Source: Methanobacteriota archaeon (GTDB taxonomy: Archaea > Methanobacteriota > Methanobacteria > Methanobacteriales > Methanobacteriaceae). From it: a stretch of 64,000 nucleotides of DNA. The position numbers were made by a program, and so were the translations under genes. A model generated the notes under the pieces. That model searched no databases. It had not been told where the DNA came from and was given only the letters and a program-made list of their open reading frames with translations. This document shows, one piece after another, positions 10,320-21,011 of this stretch (position 1 is its first letter; the number at the start of each line of letters is the position of its first letter). The stretch lies in assembly GCA_963787255.1 (NCBI GenBank), contig CAWBCJ010000025.1, forward strand, positions 96,001 through 160,000, in the 5' to 3' direction.

Positions 10320-11438
10320 TTACGGTTTATTAAGAATTTTACCGTCCATTCTAACAATAATAACTTCAAAATCTATTTCTGTCCTTTGCTGACATTTTTC
10401 CTTTACTGCAGCGCCTATCGTTTTAAAAACATCAAAAGTCATGTTTACACCATCTAAAATGTCTATCATGTCTTCAGTAGTTTTTGATTTAAAAATTTGC
10501 TCTATTAATTCTTTATCAGCACCTAAAAGTCCACAGTAAGCAGCTATTATTTCATGCCTTCCATCTGCAATACTGTTTTTAGTATTGAAAATTCCGGCAG
10601 CAATTTTAATGATTTTTCCAGCATGTCCAAGCAATGTAATTTTTCGAACTCCTTTTTCACGAGCTTTATCAAGCATGAACCCCACATAATTTCCCATCTG
10701 AATTATCTGGTCTTCATTAACGTCTAGAATTTCACTTGCAATACGTTCACCAATGTTTCCAGGAACAAAAACGAGATCTTCAAATCCTTCAGCAACGGCC
10801 ACATCAATCTGACATGCCAGGGACTCTTTATAAGCATATGAAGACATTGGTCGGGCAATACCGGTAGTTCCAAGAATAGATATTCCGCCTGTAATCCCCA
10901 GACGGGAGTTCATGGTTTTTTTAGCAATTTCTTCACCACGGGGCACAAAAATAGTTATTTCAGCACCTTTTCCATCAGGAAGCACTTTTTGCAGGTTAAA
11001 TTTTATCATTTCCATGGGAACAGGATTTATAGCGTGCTTGCCAACAGGAACTTGCAGGCCCGGTTTTGTTACCACACCCACACCTTTCCCACCCTTAACA
11101 ATTATCTGGTTAGAATCAGTTATTCTGACATCCGCACATATTTTAAGGTTTTTTGTAACGTCAGGGTCGTTATATGGCATTTTTATTATGCAAGCTCTTC
11201 CAGAATTAGAATTTAATTTTTTAAAACAATCAACGTTAATATCAAGCTTTCCAAAAGGAGAATCAATAGTTACAATAGATATTTCTTTTTTTCCAACAGC
11301 TAAAAATGCTGCAAGAACTGCTGTTGCTGCTGCACTTCCAGTTGTAATCCCATAAGGGGAATTTCTTTTGTTTGGATTTAATTCCCCTGAATTTTTGTTT
11401 CCTGACTCTTTAGGGAGAGGTTCACTGTGGATTTCCAT
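10320..11438 (-). CDS. cbiD: Cobalt-precorrin-5B C1-methyltransferase
   Basis: GITTGSAA, DPDVT, GGKGVGVVTKPGL, GGISILGTTG. Confidence 0.95.
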   Translation of the reverse strand: MEIHSEPLPKESGNKNSGELNPNKRNSPYGITTGSAAATAVLAAFLAVGKKEISIVTIDSPFGKLDINVDCFKKLNSNSGRACIIKMPYNDPDVTKNLKICADVRITDSNQIIVKGGKGVGVVTKPGLQVPVGKHAINPVPMEMIKFNLQKVLPDGKGAEITIFVPRGEEIAKKTMNSRLGITGGISILGTTGIARPMSSYAYKESLACQIDVAVAEGFEDLVFVPGNIGERIASEILDVNEDQIIQMGNYVGFMLDKAREKGVRKITLLGHAGKIIKIAAGIFNTKNSIADGRHEIIAAYCGLLGADKELIEQIFKSKTTEDMIDILDGVNMTFDVFKTIGAAVKEKCQQRTEIDFEVIIVRMDGKILNKP

Positions 11439-11447
11439 TTTTCCAGT

Positions 11448-11705
11448 TTAAGCGAGTTCTTCTTTAATTGCTTTTTCAAGTTCTTCCCTTTGAGGAGCCC
11501 CGACAAATTTAACAACACCGTTTATAGCAACTGCAGGAACTGCCATTAAGCCGTATTCAATTGCTTTTTCACGATCTTGCATTATATCAATTTTTTCAAC
11601 TTCGATATCATCAGGCATATCTTTTTTCACTGCTTCCACAACTTCAACGGCCATAGGACAGTATGGGCATGAAGGAGACGTAAATACTTCAACTTTAACA
11701 GCCAT
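11448..11705 (-). CDS. Thioredoxin/glutaredoxin-like protein (MJ0307 family)
   Basis: FTSPSCPYCP and YGLMAVPAVAING. Confidence 0.9.
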   Translation of the reverse strand: MAVKVEVFTSPSCPYCPMAVEVVEAVKKDMPDDIEVEKIDIMQDREKAIEYGLMAVPAVAINGVVKFVGAPQREELEKAIKEELA

Positions 11706-11827
11706 AATTTAACCTCCAAAAATATTAGGATTTTTTTATTCAAATTACTAATCAATTATATCTTTTTTTTATTATAAAATACTTATTTAGATTTATTATG
11801 ATTTAAATTTAATTATCATTTTCCTGC

Positions 11828-12730
11828 TTAATAAAATAAATTTTGAAGATTATCACTTTCCATGATGCTCCCTATTCCTTTTCCCATTGAGTATCCGATT
11901 TTAGATGATAAACTGCTTAAGATATCTTCAAATGACTGTGGTGAGGTCATGGTTACAATTTGGTATGTTCCTTCAATTCCTCCAAGTTTTGCAGCCATAT
12001 CTAGAGCCTGATCTTTTCCACCGGTTTCGTCAATTAATTTAAGTTCTTTTGCCTGAGCGCCAGTAAATACTTGTCCTTCAGCTATACTTTTCACGTAATT
12101 TTTGTCTAATTTCCTGTTTTCTGCTACTATAGAAATGAAGTTGTCGTGTTCTTGGTCAACCATCTGTTGAAGCATGTTTCTTTCTTCTGTGGTTAAATTT
12201 CTGTAGTCTGCACCCATGTCCTTGAATTTACCGCCTTTAATGGAATATTTATCAACACCAATGGTTTTGTAAAGGTCAGAAAGGTTTGTCATGCTTAATA
12301 TAACACCTATGCTTCCTACCCATGAAGATTTACTTGCAACAATCTTGTCTGATCCTGATGCTATGAGATATGCTCCTGATGCTCCTGTATCGCTTATCCA
12401 GGTTACAACTGGTTTTTTACTATTTTTAACTGCTTCCATGATTTCAGTGCTTGCAACGGGTGTTCCTCCAGGGCTGTTGATATCTAAGAGAATCGCACTT
12501 ACTGAAGAATCTTCTTCTGCTTCTTTAATCTGGCTCTTTATTATTTCAGGATTTACGACACTTCCGCTTAGTATATCTGATGATCCATAAGCGATCTCGC
12601 CTTGAATTGGTATAACTGCAACTGTTCCTCCAAATGAAGAACCTAAAATGGCTATTATGCCAATTAAAAGGATAAAAAGGACAAAAAGTCCTCCTGCTCC
12701 AATTATTAGTAATTTGATATTTTTGTCCAT
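11828..12730 (-). CDS. sppA: Signal peptide peptidase (S49)
   Basis: N-terminal TM; INSPGG, ASGAY.IAS, GSIGV, GKFKD. Confidence 0.92.
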   Translation of the reverse strand: MDKNIKLLIIGAGGLFVLFILLIGIIAILGSSFGGTVAVIPIQGEIAYGSSDILSGSVVNPEIIKSQIKEAEEDSSVSAILLDINSPGGTPVASTEIMEAVKNSKKPVVTWISDTGASGAYLIASGSDKIVASKSSWVGSIGVILSMTNLSDLYKTIGVDKYSIKGGKFKDMGADYRNLTTEERNMLQQMVDQEHDNFISIVAENRKLDKNYVKSIAEGQVFTGAQAKELKLIDETGGKDQALDMAAKLGGIEGTYQIVTMTSPQSFEDILSSLSSKIGYSMGKGIGSIMESDNLQNLFY

Positions 12731-12921
12731 AGATAATCACATTGAATCGAATTTTTTCAAATTATATTAGTATTTTTATGAGAATTATACTGAATTGAAT
12801 TATAATTTCATTCCATAAAAATAATATCATTATAGAAAAAATAATAATTGTAATAAAATAATATTATTGCTTTAATTTGATAATTTATTGAATTTTTTTA
12901 TATTAATTTAGGAGGGAATCA

Positions 12922-13011
12922 ATGGCAAAGATTGTAAATTATTATTTAAACAATGTATTTTTAGTCATGAGTAATATATTTCCTTTCTTCGCCATTACAA
13001 ACATGAGATAA
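12922..13011 (+). CDS. Putative 29-aa small ORF (MAKIVNYYLNNVFLVMSNIFPFFAITNMR)
   Basis: Strong GGAGG RBS at 12911-12915 followed by ATG; below the ORF track cutoff. Confidence 0.3.
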   Translation: MAKIVNYYLNNVFLVMSNIFPFFAITNMR

Positions 13012-13216
13012 GTCTTTTTAATATATAATACTTTCTATTTGTATCGTATTATTACTAAATAGGGCAATTTTTATAAATAAGTAATAAAAACTATTAAGTA
13101 ATACACATGACACAAATTGATAAAAAAAATAAAAAGCATTTTTTAACTGTTATTTACATAATATAAGATATAACATTGAAATAATGTTGATATGTCATCA
13201 TTTAAAGTTCAAATTG

Positions 13217-13237
13217 TTAAAAAACAGTGTTTTTTAA
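13217..13237. promoter_or_regulatory. Perfect inverted repeat upstream of aroK (candidate operator)
   Basis: TTAAAAAACA-G-TGTTTTTTAA, ending 29 nt before the aroK start. Confidence 0.35.
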
Positions 13238-13265
13238 AACAGTATACAAATTAAGGTGAATATAT

Positions 13266-14132
13266 TTGAAAACTATTGTTAAATCACCAGGTTCTGCAAC
13301 AGTAATAAATGCAATAGCAACAGGATGCGGCTCTGCATTTGGAATTGGACGCTATGTTACTGCTGAAGCTGAATTAAAATCATCAAAAATAAAGTGCAAA
13401 TCAGATAAAGACGTGGACACTACTTTAATGGAATTATGTGTTCAGAAAGTGCTCGAAAAGTTTGATATAGACACAGGAGTTAGCGTTAAGACTTATTCTG
13501 ACCTTCCAGTTGCATCTGGTCTTTCCAGCAGCAGCGCAACATCAAATGCAGTTACTATGGCCACAATATTAGCTATATCTAAAGAATTTTTCCTTGATTA
13601 CAAAATGGACGAATTTGAAGTGTTAAACATGGCAATAGATGCTTCTTTAGAGGCAGGGGTTACTATAACTGGTGCATTTGACGATGCAAGTGCTTCATTT
13701 TTCGGCGGTTTAACTATAACTGATAATATGAAAAGAAAAATTTTAAAGTCACAGGATATGGAAAAGCAAAACATATTAATATATATGCCAGATAAAAAAT
13801 CTATAACTGCACAATCAGATGTAGGGAGAATGAAACTTCTTGCTCCTTATGTCAAACTTGCATTTGATGAAGCTTTAAATGGAGATATTTTTAAAGCGCT
13901 AACTTTGAATGGACTTTTATATTGTGCGGCTCTTGAATTTAATCCTAATATTGCCCTTGATGCCTTAAGTGCAGGTGCAATTGCAGCTGGATTATCTGGT
14001 ACAGGGCCTTCATTTGTAGCAATTACTAATGATGAATCTTTAGACGCTGTTTTAAATGCATTAAATCCATATGAAGGCGAAGTAATGCATGTTGAAGTTG
14101 ATAATGAAGGTACAAAGGAAATTAATAGCTGA
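13266..14132 (+). CDS. aroK: Archaeal GHMP-type shikimate kinase
   Basis: [38 protein letters not shown]. Confidence 0.93.
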   Translation: MKTIVKSPGSATVINAIATGCGSAFGIGRYVTAEAELKSSKIKCKSDKDVDTTLMELCVQKVLEKFDIDTGVSVKTYSDLPVASGLSSSSATSNAVTMATILAISKEFFLDYKMDEFEVLNMAIDASLEAGVTITGAFDDASASFFGGLTITDNMKRKILKSQDMEKQNILIYMPDKKSITAQSDVGRMKLLAPYVKLAFDEALNGDIFKALTLNGLLYCAALEFNPNIALDALSAGAIAAGLSGTGPSFVAITNDESLDAVLNALNPYEGEVMHVEVDNEGTKEINS

Positions 14133-14166
14133 TTATCCTTCCTTTTTACATTGAGAAGGTGAAAAT

Positions 14167-14472
14167 GTGGATAAAGCAGAAGCTTTAAAAATTCTTCACG
14201 AATCCCGAAATAAAATAGATGGAATTGATGAAGAAATCATATCTCTTATAAAAAAAAGAACATCTCTTGCTGGGGACATTGTAAATGCAAAATTAGTTCT
14301 AGGCATGGATATAGAAGATAAAAAGAGAGAAGGTTATATTCAAGATAAAACAAAAAAAATTGCAGAGCAGAAACAAATTGACGAAAACTGCCTCAAAAAA
14401 ATAATGAAAATTTTAACTGATTTAAGCAAAAAAGAACAAGAAGAAATACTTAGGAGGGAAACTAATGGGTAA
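14167..14472 (+). CDS. Chorismate mutase (AroQ type)
   Basis: R.KID.ID.EII.LI.KR...K......IED..RE. Confidence 0.85.
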   Translation: MDKAEALKILHESRNKIDGIDEEIISLIKKRTSLAGDIVNAKLVLGMDIEDKKREGYIQDKTKKIAEQKQIDENCLKKIMKILTDLSKKEQEEILRRETNG

Positions 14473-14656
14473 CATAAGAACATCATTCGTAAAAAGAACT
14501 GCAAAAGAGTTAATAGAAACATATGAGGGTAAATTCACTACAGATTTCGATGTAAACAAAAAACTAGTGGAAGAATACTCTACTGTAAGTACAAAACATC
14601 TTAGAAACAAAATTGCAGGATACGTAACCAGATTGGTTAGACAAGAACCAAGATAG
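14465..14656 (+). CDS. rps17e: 30S ribosomal protein S17e
   Basis: MGNIRT.FVKR...FTTDF..NK...[11 protein letters not shown]. Confidence 0.95.
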   Translation: MGNIRTSFVKRTAKELIETYEGKFTTDFDVNKKLVEEYSTVSTKHLRNKIAGYVTRLVRQEPR

Positions 14657-14675
14657 AATTCAGGTGTGACAATTA

Positions 14676-15899
14676 ATGGGAATTATAGTGGCTAAATTTG
14701 GAGGAACCTCCATTGGAAATGGGGAACGGATTAAAAAAGCCGCCCAATCAGTTGTAAATGAATACATGAAAGGTAATAAAGTAGTTGTTGTGGTATCTGC
14801 AATAAATAAAACTACTGACGAGTTTCTTAAAATCGTCGCTGATGCCATGGAAGAATCCATAACAGGTAAACAACTTGCAGAAGTCTTTTCCATGGGCGAA
14901 ATGACTAGTGTTAGAATATTTTCAGCAACAGTAGAATCATTGGGCGTTAAATCTGAATATGTTGATCCTTATAAGGACACTTGGCCCATAATAACTGATG
15001 ATAATTTTTTAAGTGCAAAAGTAGATTTTAAAGCAACAGAAGAAAGATCAAGTGAATTAAAAAAGATGATTGACGAAGGAATAATTCCCATAGTCTGTGG
15101 TTTCCTTGGAAAGGCTGAGTCAGGAACCATCACAACTTTGGGCCGTGGGGGAAGCGATATAACAGCATTCCTACTGGGGCATTGTCTTAAAGCTGAAGAA
15201 GTAATCATTGTAACCGATGTTGGTGGTGTAATGTCCACCGATCCAAACAAACTTCGAAACGCAAAAAAGCTTGATAAAATATCTGTTGAAGAAATGAGGG
15301 ATCTTGCAACCCATGGGGCGCAGGTACTACATCCTCATGCTCTTAAATATAAAGATCCTAAAATAGATGCCAAAATAATCGGGTACGACCATGGAGATTT
15401 ATCAGCTCCAGGAACAGAGATTATTGGACCATCTAATAATAGCGAATTAATTAAAAGCGCAACTTTAAACAGCGAGCCAATATCGGTTATAGCTGTTGTT
15501 GGAGAAGAAATTCTAACTAAAACTGGAATTTTGGCAAAAATAACCGATACTCTTGCTGAAAATGACATTAATATATTTGGAATTTCCACAGGCCAGAATT
15601 CTATAACGGTATTTGTAAATAAGGCCGCGTCAGAACATGCTCATGAAGTACTTCATGAGGTGGTTGTGGAAACTGATGATTTAAGTTCACTATCACTTGG
15701 AATGGAAATTGCAATGATAACTGTTATCAGTCAGGACTTTATAGATACTCCTGGAGTAATTGCAGAAATAACTGAACCTTTACAAAAAAATAAGATTAAT
15801 ATAGTTGAAATTTCTTCAAGTCAAACTTCTGTTGTTATTTTCGTTGATTGGAATGATGGAAGAAAGGCTTATGAACTTGTAAAAGGTGTCTTAAAATGA
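14676..15899 (+). CDS. lysC: Aspartate kinase
   Basis: [20 protein letters not shown]...DP, two ACT domains. Confidence 0.95.
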   Translation: MGIIVAKFGGTSIGNGERIKKAAQSVVNEYMKGNKVVVVVSAINKTTDEFLKIVADAMEESITGKQLAEVFSMGEMTSVRIFSATVESLGVKSEYVDPYKDTWPIITDDNFLSAKVDFKATEERSSELKKMIDEGIIPIVCGFLGKAESGTITTLGRGGSDITAFLLGHCLKAEEVIIVTDVGGVMSTDPNKLRNAKKLDKISVEEMRDLATHGAQVLHPHALKYKDPKIDAKIIGYDHGDLSAPGTEIIGPSNNSELIKSATLNSEPISVIAVVGEEILTKTGILAKITDTLAENDINIFGISTGQNSITVFVNKAASEHAHEVLHEVVVETDDLSSLSLGMEIAMITVISQDFIDTPGVIAEITEPLQKNKINIVEISSSQTSVVIFVDWNDGRKAYELVKGVLK

Positions 15900-16789
15900 A
15901 ATTAGAAGGTACGATCGTAGCTATGGTAACGCCATACACAAAAAGTGATGAAATAGATGAGGAAGGAATCCGTGAAAATATAAATTACTTAATAGAAAAG
16001 GGCGTAGATGGGATATTGGTTGCCGGAACGACAGGAGAATCAGCCACAGTATCTCATGATGAACACCGTAAGCTAGTTGACATTCTAATCGATGAAGTTA
16101 ACGGTAGAGTTACAACTATCGCGGGAGCGGGTAGTAATTCATCCAAAGAAGCTCTTGGACTTGTGAAACATGCGGAAAATACAGGAGCAGATGCTGCACT
16201 CGTTATAACGCCATACTACAATAAACCACAACCTCACGGTCTTTATAAACATTACGAAATGCTAACAGATTCTACAGATATTCCCATTGTAGTTTACAAT
16301 GTGCCGTCAAGAACTGGAACTGATATAGACGTTGAAACTATTGGAAAAGTGGCAGAACTTGATAATATCGTTGCCATAAAAGAAGCAAACCCTGATCTAG
16401 ATAAAGTATCTAAAATAATTAAAAAAATTGACGAAGTTAATAAGACTGATAAATTCGTTGTTCTTTCTGGAAACGACGATCTCACACTTCCTATGATTGC
16501 AATGGGGGCAAAAGGAGTTATAAGTGTTGTTGGAAACGTTGATCCTGCGCGTATGAGTCGGATGGTTAATTATGCATTAGAAGGTGACTTTGAATCTGCC
16601 GCTAAAGCACATTACGAGCTCTATGATCTTATGAAGGTGCTCTTTGTGGAGACTAACCCCGTACCTGCAAAAGCTGCTTTAAACATGATGGGAAAGCCCG
16701 CAGGGCATGTTCGAATGCCTCTTGCACCTCTAAAAGAGGAAAGCGAGGCTAAAGTAAGGGAAGTACTTAAAAAGCTTGATTTAATTTAA
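15896..16789 (+). CDS. dapA: 4-hydroxy-tetrahydrodipicolinate synthase
   Basis: [24 protein letters not shown]. Confidence 0.96.
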   Translation: MKLEGTIVAMVTPYTKSDEIDEEGIRENINYLIEKGVDGILVAGTTGESATVSHDEHRKLVDILIDEVNGRVTTIAGAGSNSSKEALGLVKHAENTGADAALVITPYYNKPQPHGLYKHYEMLTDSTDIPIVVYNVPSRTGTDIDVETIGKVAELDNIVAIKEANPDLDKVSKIIKKIDEVNKTDKFVVLSGNDDLTLPMIAMGAKGVISVVGNVDPARMSRMVNYALEGDFESAAKAHYELYDLMKVLFVETNPVPAKAALNMMGKPAGHVRMPLAPLKEESEAKVREVLKKLDLI

Positions 16790-16833
16790 ATTTAATATTA
16801 TAATTTTAAATTTTTTTTTAGGAGAAAGATAAA

Positions 16834-17655
16834 ATGATTGGAGTGGCTGTAACAGGCGCAAGTGGAAGAATGGGTTCTAAAATAATTAAAACCATACTAG
16901 AACAGGACGATATGAAAGTTGTAGCAGCAATAGAAGCACCAGAAACTCCGCTGGAAGGAAAGGATATAGGAGAAGTTATTGGTGTTGGAAAGATGGATGT
17001 AACCGTAAACGGTGCAGAAAAACTTGCTGAGGTTTTAAAGGAAAAGAAACCAGATATACTTGTTGATTTCACCATAGCCGATGCGGCAGTTAACACAATC
17101 AAAACATCTGCAAAATGCGGTGTAAATGTAGTTGTAGGCACAACTGGCATATCTGATGAACAGATGGATGAAGTTAGAGAATCCATAGAAGATAACAATA
17201 TAAAAGCGGTTATATCCCCAAATATGGCAGTTGGAGTTAATGTATTCTTTAAAGCAATTAAAGACCTTGCAAAAATCCTCAATGATTACGATATTGAAAT
17301 AATAGAAGCACACCACAAACATAAGGCCGATGCACCTTCAGGAACAGCAGTTAAAGCTTATGAAATTATAGCAGATGAGCTTGGAAGAAACAAAGAAGAA
17401 GCATGCGTATACGGCAGACAGGGACTTGTTGGAGCTCGTAGCGAAGAAGAGATAGGAATGCACGCCGTTCGTGGAGGGGATATTGTTGGAGATCACACAG
17501 TACTCTTTGCAGGGGATGGAGAACGAATCGAAATAATTCACAGGGCTCACAGCAGGCAGGCATTTGTAAGTGGCGTAATTAAAGCAATAAGATTTGTAAT
17601 TAATGCTCCTGAAGGTAAAATAAGTGACATGGGCGATGTTCTAGGTATTAAATAG
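16834..17655 (+). CDS. dapB: 4-hydroxy-tetrahydrodipicolinate reductase
   Basis: GASGRMG, VGTTG, EAHHKHKADAPSGTA. Confidence 0.96.
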   Translation: MIGVAVTGASGRMGSKIIKTILEQDDMKVVAAIEAPETPLEGKDIGEVIGVGKMDVTVNGAEKLAEVLKEKKPDILVDFTIADAAVNTIKTSAKCGVNVVVGTTGISDEQMDEVRESIEDNNIKAVISPNMAVGVNVFFKAIKDLAKILNDYDIEIIEAHHKHKADAPSGTAVKAYEIIADELGRNKEEACVYGRQGLVGARSEEEIGMHAVRGGDIVGDHTVLFAGDGERIEIIHRAHSRQAFVSGVIKAIRFVINAPEGKISDMGDVLGIK

Positions 17656-17700
17656 AAATATAATCTTAACCCATTTTTTCTATTATTATATGGGGATCAC

Positions 17701-18864
17701 ATGCTTTTTAAGAAACACGATAAAGTAACAGAGTTTGTGCCAACATTTCTAAAAGAAGATAGATCTGCTTTAAGAAAAATCCACGAAGTAATAAGCAGGG
17801 CAAAAAACCATATTTACATAGTATATCCATGGATAACGCTTGGTGAAGAATTTATAATTCCTTTTGAAAATGCTCTTTCAGTTAATGAAGATATAGAGAT
17901 ATATTTAATTACAAAACTTGAAAGAGAAGATGTATTCCGGCGATTACATCAATTAGAAGATGTTGAAAGATGGAAAAATATTTTTGAAAACAATATGTCC
18001 ATCAAATACAATAACAACATCCACGCTAAGATGATAATTGCTGACGATAAAGAAATGATTGTTGGCTCTTCAAATCTCACTGGAAGCGGCCTTGGATCAT
18101 CAAGAGAATACGAAGGACGGCCTCAAATTGAAGCAAACGTATATACCAATGATCCTGAAGCATTAAAAAATGCAGTGGGATTTTTTGTTAAATTATGGAG
18201 CCATAACACTTCTAATGAATATATAAATAATGAATACGTTTTATCCTGTAAATCCTATCAGCTTTCAGGAATATATCAAAGATTCCGAAAAGATTTTGAT
18301 AACATAGTTAAAAAGGAAAACATCCAATTTTTAGGGAATGGAACGGTAAAATTCAGGGGAATTTTATCTTATTTAGACAATGATAAAGCGTATATTATGG
18401 GTAAAAAACGTAAAGACATTGCAATAAAATTCATTGGAAATAATAAAGCTTTCAAATCAGCTAAAATTGGGGAAGAAGTGGAAATTTCAGGGAAACTGGG
18501 TAAACTGGACGGATTTAATGAATTCACCTTAAGAGGGTTTTCGGCTATAAACAGGGAAATTTCTATAAATAATTTAAAAAGTGGTTTAAGCCAGCTTACA
18601 ATTGACGCTGAAATCATAGAAATAGATAACACCCTTGAACTGGAAACTAAACATGGAACAAAAATCCTGACACTTGTAAATATTAAAGATGATACTGGGA
18701 GTGTTGTTTTAGAATTATGGGACAACATTATTCCTGAAGAAAAGATTATAAGCGGCACGAAGTTAGAAATAAAAAATGCATATACTAAAGTGTTTAATGG
18801 GGAAATCAGGTTAGGAATTCAAAAATATGATGGAAAAATTAAATTAATAAACAATATGAGATAA
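17701..18864 (+). CDS. PLD-like (single HKD) nuclease domain fused to OB-fold (SSB/RPA-like) domains
   Basis: HAKMIIAD...VGSSNLT...EAN; C-terminal DDTGSVVLELWD...G..LEIKNAY.KVFNGEIRL; probable second degenerate OB fold (IGEEVEISGKL). Confidence 0.8.
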   Translation: MLFKKHDKVTEFVPTFLKEDRSALRKIHEVISRAKNHIYIVYPWITLGEEFIIPFENALSVNEDIEIYLITKLEREDVFRRLHQLEDVERWKNIFENNMSIKYNNNIHAKMIIADDKEMIVGSSNLTGSGLGSSREYEGRPQIEANVYTNDPEALKNAVGFFVKLWSHNTSNEYINNEYVLSCKSYQLSGIYQRFRKDFDNIVKKENIQFLGNGTVKFRGILSYLDNDKAYIMGKKRKDIAIKFIGNNKAFKSAKIGEEVEISGKLGKLDGFNEFTLRGFSAINREISINNLKSGLSQLTIDAEIIEIDNTLELETKHGTKILTLVNIKDDTGSVVLELWDNIIPEEKIISGTKLEIKNAYTKVFNGEIRLGIQKYDGKIKLINNMR

Positions 18865-18932
18865 TAAGAATGAATATAAGAATAGATTTAATAATATTTA
18901 GATAAGAATTTATGAGTATATAGGTGATTAAA

Positions 18933-19976
18933 ATGGTAAATGTAGGTATTCTCGGAGCAACTGGAATGGTTGGGCAGAGATTCATAGAACTACTGGCGGA
19001 TCATCCAAAGTTCGAACTCACTGCCCTTACAGCATCTGCAAGATCAGCAGGAAAAAAATACGAAGACGCAGCAACATGGTATCTTGATACTAAAATACCA
19101 GAAAGCGTTAAAGACATAACTGTAGTAGACACAGACCCAAAAGAAACAAAAGACGTAGATATAGTATTTTCTGCACTACCTACAGACACTGCAGCTATAG
19201 TAGAGCCAAAATTTGCCAAATCATGCATCGTAGCATCAAATGCAAGCGCAATGAGAATGGAACCAGACGTACCCCTCGTAATTCCTGAAGTAAACCCAGA
19301 ACACCTGGACATGATTGAAACCCAGCAAAAAAACAGAGGATGGGACGGATTCATTGTAACTAATCCTAATTGTTCAACTATAGCACTTACAATTACCCTT
19401 AAACCGCTTTACGACCAGTTCAATATAAAAAGAGTTTATGTTTCAACCATGCAAGCTGTTTCAGGCGCTGGCTACAACGGAGTTCCTTCAATGGCAATAA
19501 TAGACAACCTTGTACCTTTTATAGGTGGTGAGGAAGAAAAGATGGAAACTGAAACCCTTCAGTTATTGGGAGATTATGATGGCGAAGCCGTAAATCCTGC
19601 ATCTTTTGGAGTTAGCGCTTCATGCCACAGAGTTGCTGTAGTGGATGGACATACAGAAGCAGTTTTCATTGAAATGGAAGATAGTTTTGAAATTGATGAA
19701 ATTAAAGAATCTATGAATTCATTTAAAGGTCTACCTCAAAAACTGAATCTTTATTCAGCACCAAAAAATCCTATAGTAATTAGGGAAGAAGATAACCGAC
19801 CGCAGCCTAGAATGGACAGAAATACTGATAATGGAATGGCTGTTACAGTTGGTAGGGTTAGAAAAGATGCAGCTTTTGCAAAAAGTCTTAGATATGTCCT
19901 TGTTGGTCATAATACTGTTAGGGGTGCTGCTGGAGCTTCAATTTTGAATGCAGAGTTAATATCTGAGATAATGTAA
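18933..19976 (+). CDS. asd: Aspartate-semialdehyde dehydrogenase
   Basis: [30 protein letters not shown]; GGTGA RBS before ATG 18933. Confidence 0.96.
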   Translation: MVNVGILGATGMVGQRFIELLADHPKFELTALTASARSAGKKYEDAATWYLDTKIPESVKDITVVDTDPKETKDVDIVFSALPTDTAAIVEPKFAKSCIVASNASAMRMEPDVPLVIPEVNPEHLDMIETQQKNRGWDGFIVTNPNCSTIALTITLKPLYDQFNIKRVYVSTMQAVSGAGYNGVPSMAIIDNLVPFIGGEEEKMETETLQLLGDYDGEAVNPASFGVSASCHRVAVVDGHTEAVFIEMEDSFEIDEIKESMNSFKGLPQKLNLYSAPKNPIVIREEDNRPQPRMDRNTDNGMAVTVGRVRKDAAFAKSLRYVLVGHNTVRGAAGASILNAELISEIM

Positions 19977-20059
19977 AAATTATCTTTTAATTTATTTTTT
20001 AAATTTAAAAATCTTTAACTATATGAGTTTTCAATCTAATTTTATCATATAAATACTGA

Positions 20060-20638
20060 ATGATAACCATGTTGGAACCGCTAATAACAACAAGCAATGT
20101 TGATATTCAAATTTTTTATTTAATTAATGTCTACATGCAAAATGCTCTTTTTGACTTTATAATGCCGCTAGTATCAGAAGTAGGGTATTTTAGCTTCTGG
20201 ATAATTATTTCAATAATAATATTTATTATTGGTGGGGAAAAAGGAAGAAGAGTTGCTATATTATCTGTCATGGCTCTTTTTGCTGGTTATTTTATTACAG
20301 AAATCCTAAAAGTAATTGTAGCTCGTCCAAGACCTTATGAAGTGCTTGAAGGTGTGCGGGTTTTGGCCCCTATTGATGGTTACTCCTGGCCATCAGGACA
20401 TTCTGTTGCCTCTTTTACTGTTGCAACAATTATTGGAAGGGAATATGGGTTAATTTATTTCTTCATATTTGCATCTTTAGTGGCGTTTTCTAGGGTTTAT
20501 AATGGAGTACATTATCCTTCTGATGTTGTTTCTGGCGCGTTAATTGGAATATTAATTGGTTTACTGGTTGTAAGGTATGAAAATAATATTTTGTCTGGAT
20601 ATTATGACTTAAAGAACTATTTGAAGAATAAAATATAG
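20060..20638 (+). CDS. PAP2-family membrane phosphatase
   Basis: K....RPRP, SWPSGH, SRVYNGVHYPSDV. Confidence 0.9.
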   Translation: MITMLEPLITTSNVDIQIFYLINVYMQNALFDFIMPLVSEVGYFSFWIIISIIIFIIGGEKGRRVAILSVMALFAGYFITEILKVIVARPRPYEVLEGVRVLAPIDGYSWPSGHSVASFTVATIIGREYGLIYFFIFASLVAFSRVYNGVHYPSDVVSGALIGILIGLLVVRYENNILSGYYDLKNYLKNKI

Positions 20639-20835
20639 TCATTTATCATTTAATTTCTTTATTAATCCTTTATGGTTTAATGTTTCTATTTTTAATTTCT
20701 ATTTTATGTTAGGATATTAAAGTGGGTTTTTTAAGTGTTTTAGGGGGTGTTTAAACTTTACATAATCATATGCTTTTGTTACTTATCGTGTTAAAATAGA
20801 AAGACTTATTAGATTTATTGGTTTTATATATTAAT

Positions 20836-20895
20836 GGCAAGGGGTATTTTCTGCTGTAATTATACCGCCTACAGTTGTTAATTTTGCTCCTTGCC
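20836..20895. ncRNA. Candidate small structured RNA (nested stem-loop)
   Basis: Outer stem GGCAAGGGGTA/TGCTCCTTGCC and inner stem CTGTA/TACAG; GC-rich island in very AT-rich intergenic DNA. Confidence 0.4.
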
Positions 20896-21011
20896 TAAAT
20901 ATAAAATGCCTAATTTAAATATATTTATTAGATTCTAAAGATAATTTCAGATTATCCTAAATAAAACATTAAATTTAAAAATAAGTTTCAATATAAAATA
21001 AAACGATAAAA

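Noticed and set aside
18864-18909. Three ATAAGAAT copies after the PLD-OB gene as possible insertion scars
   Set aside because: Low complexity, and no matching copy at the left boundary, so not a target-site duplication.
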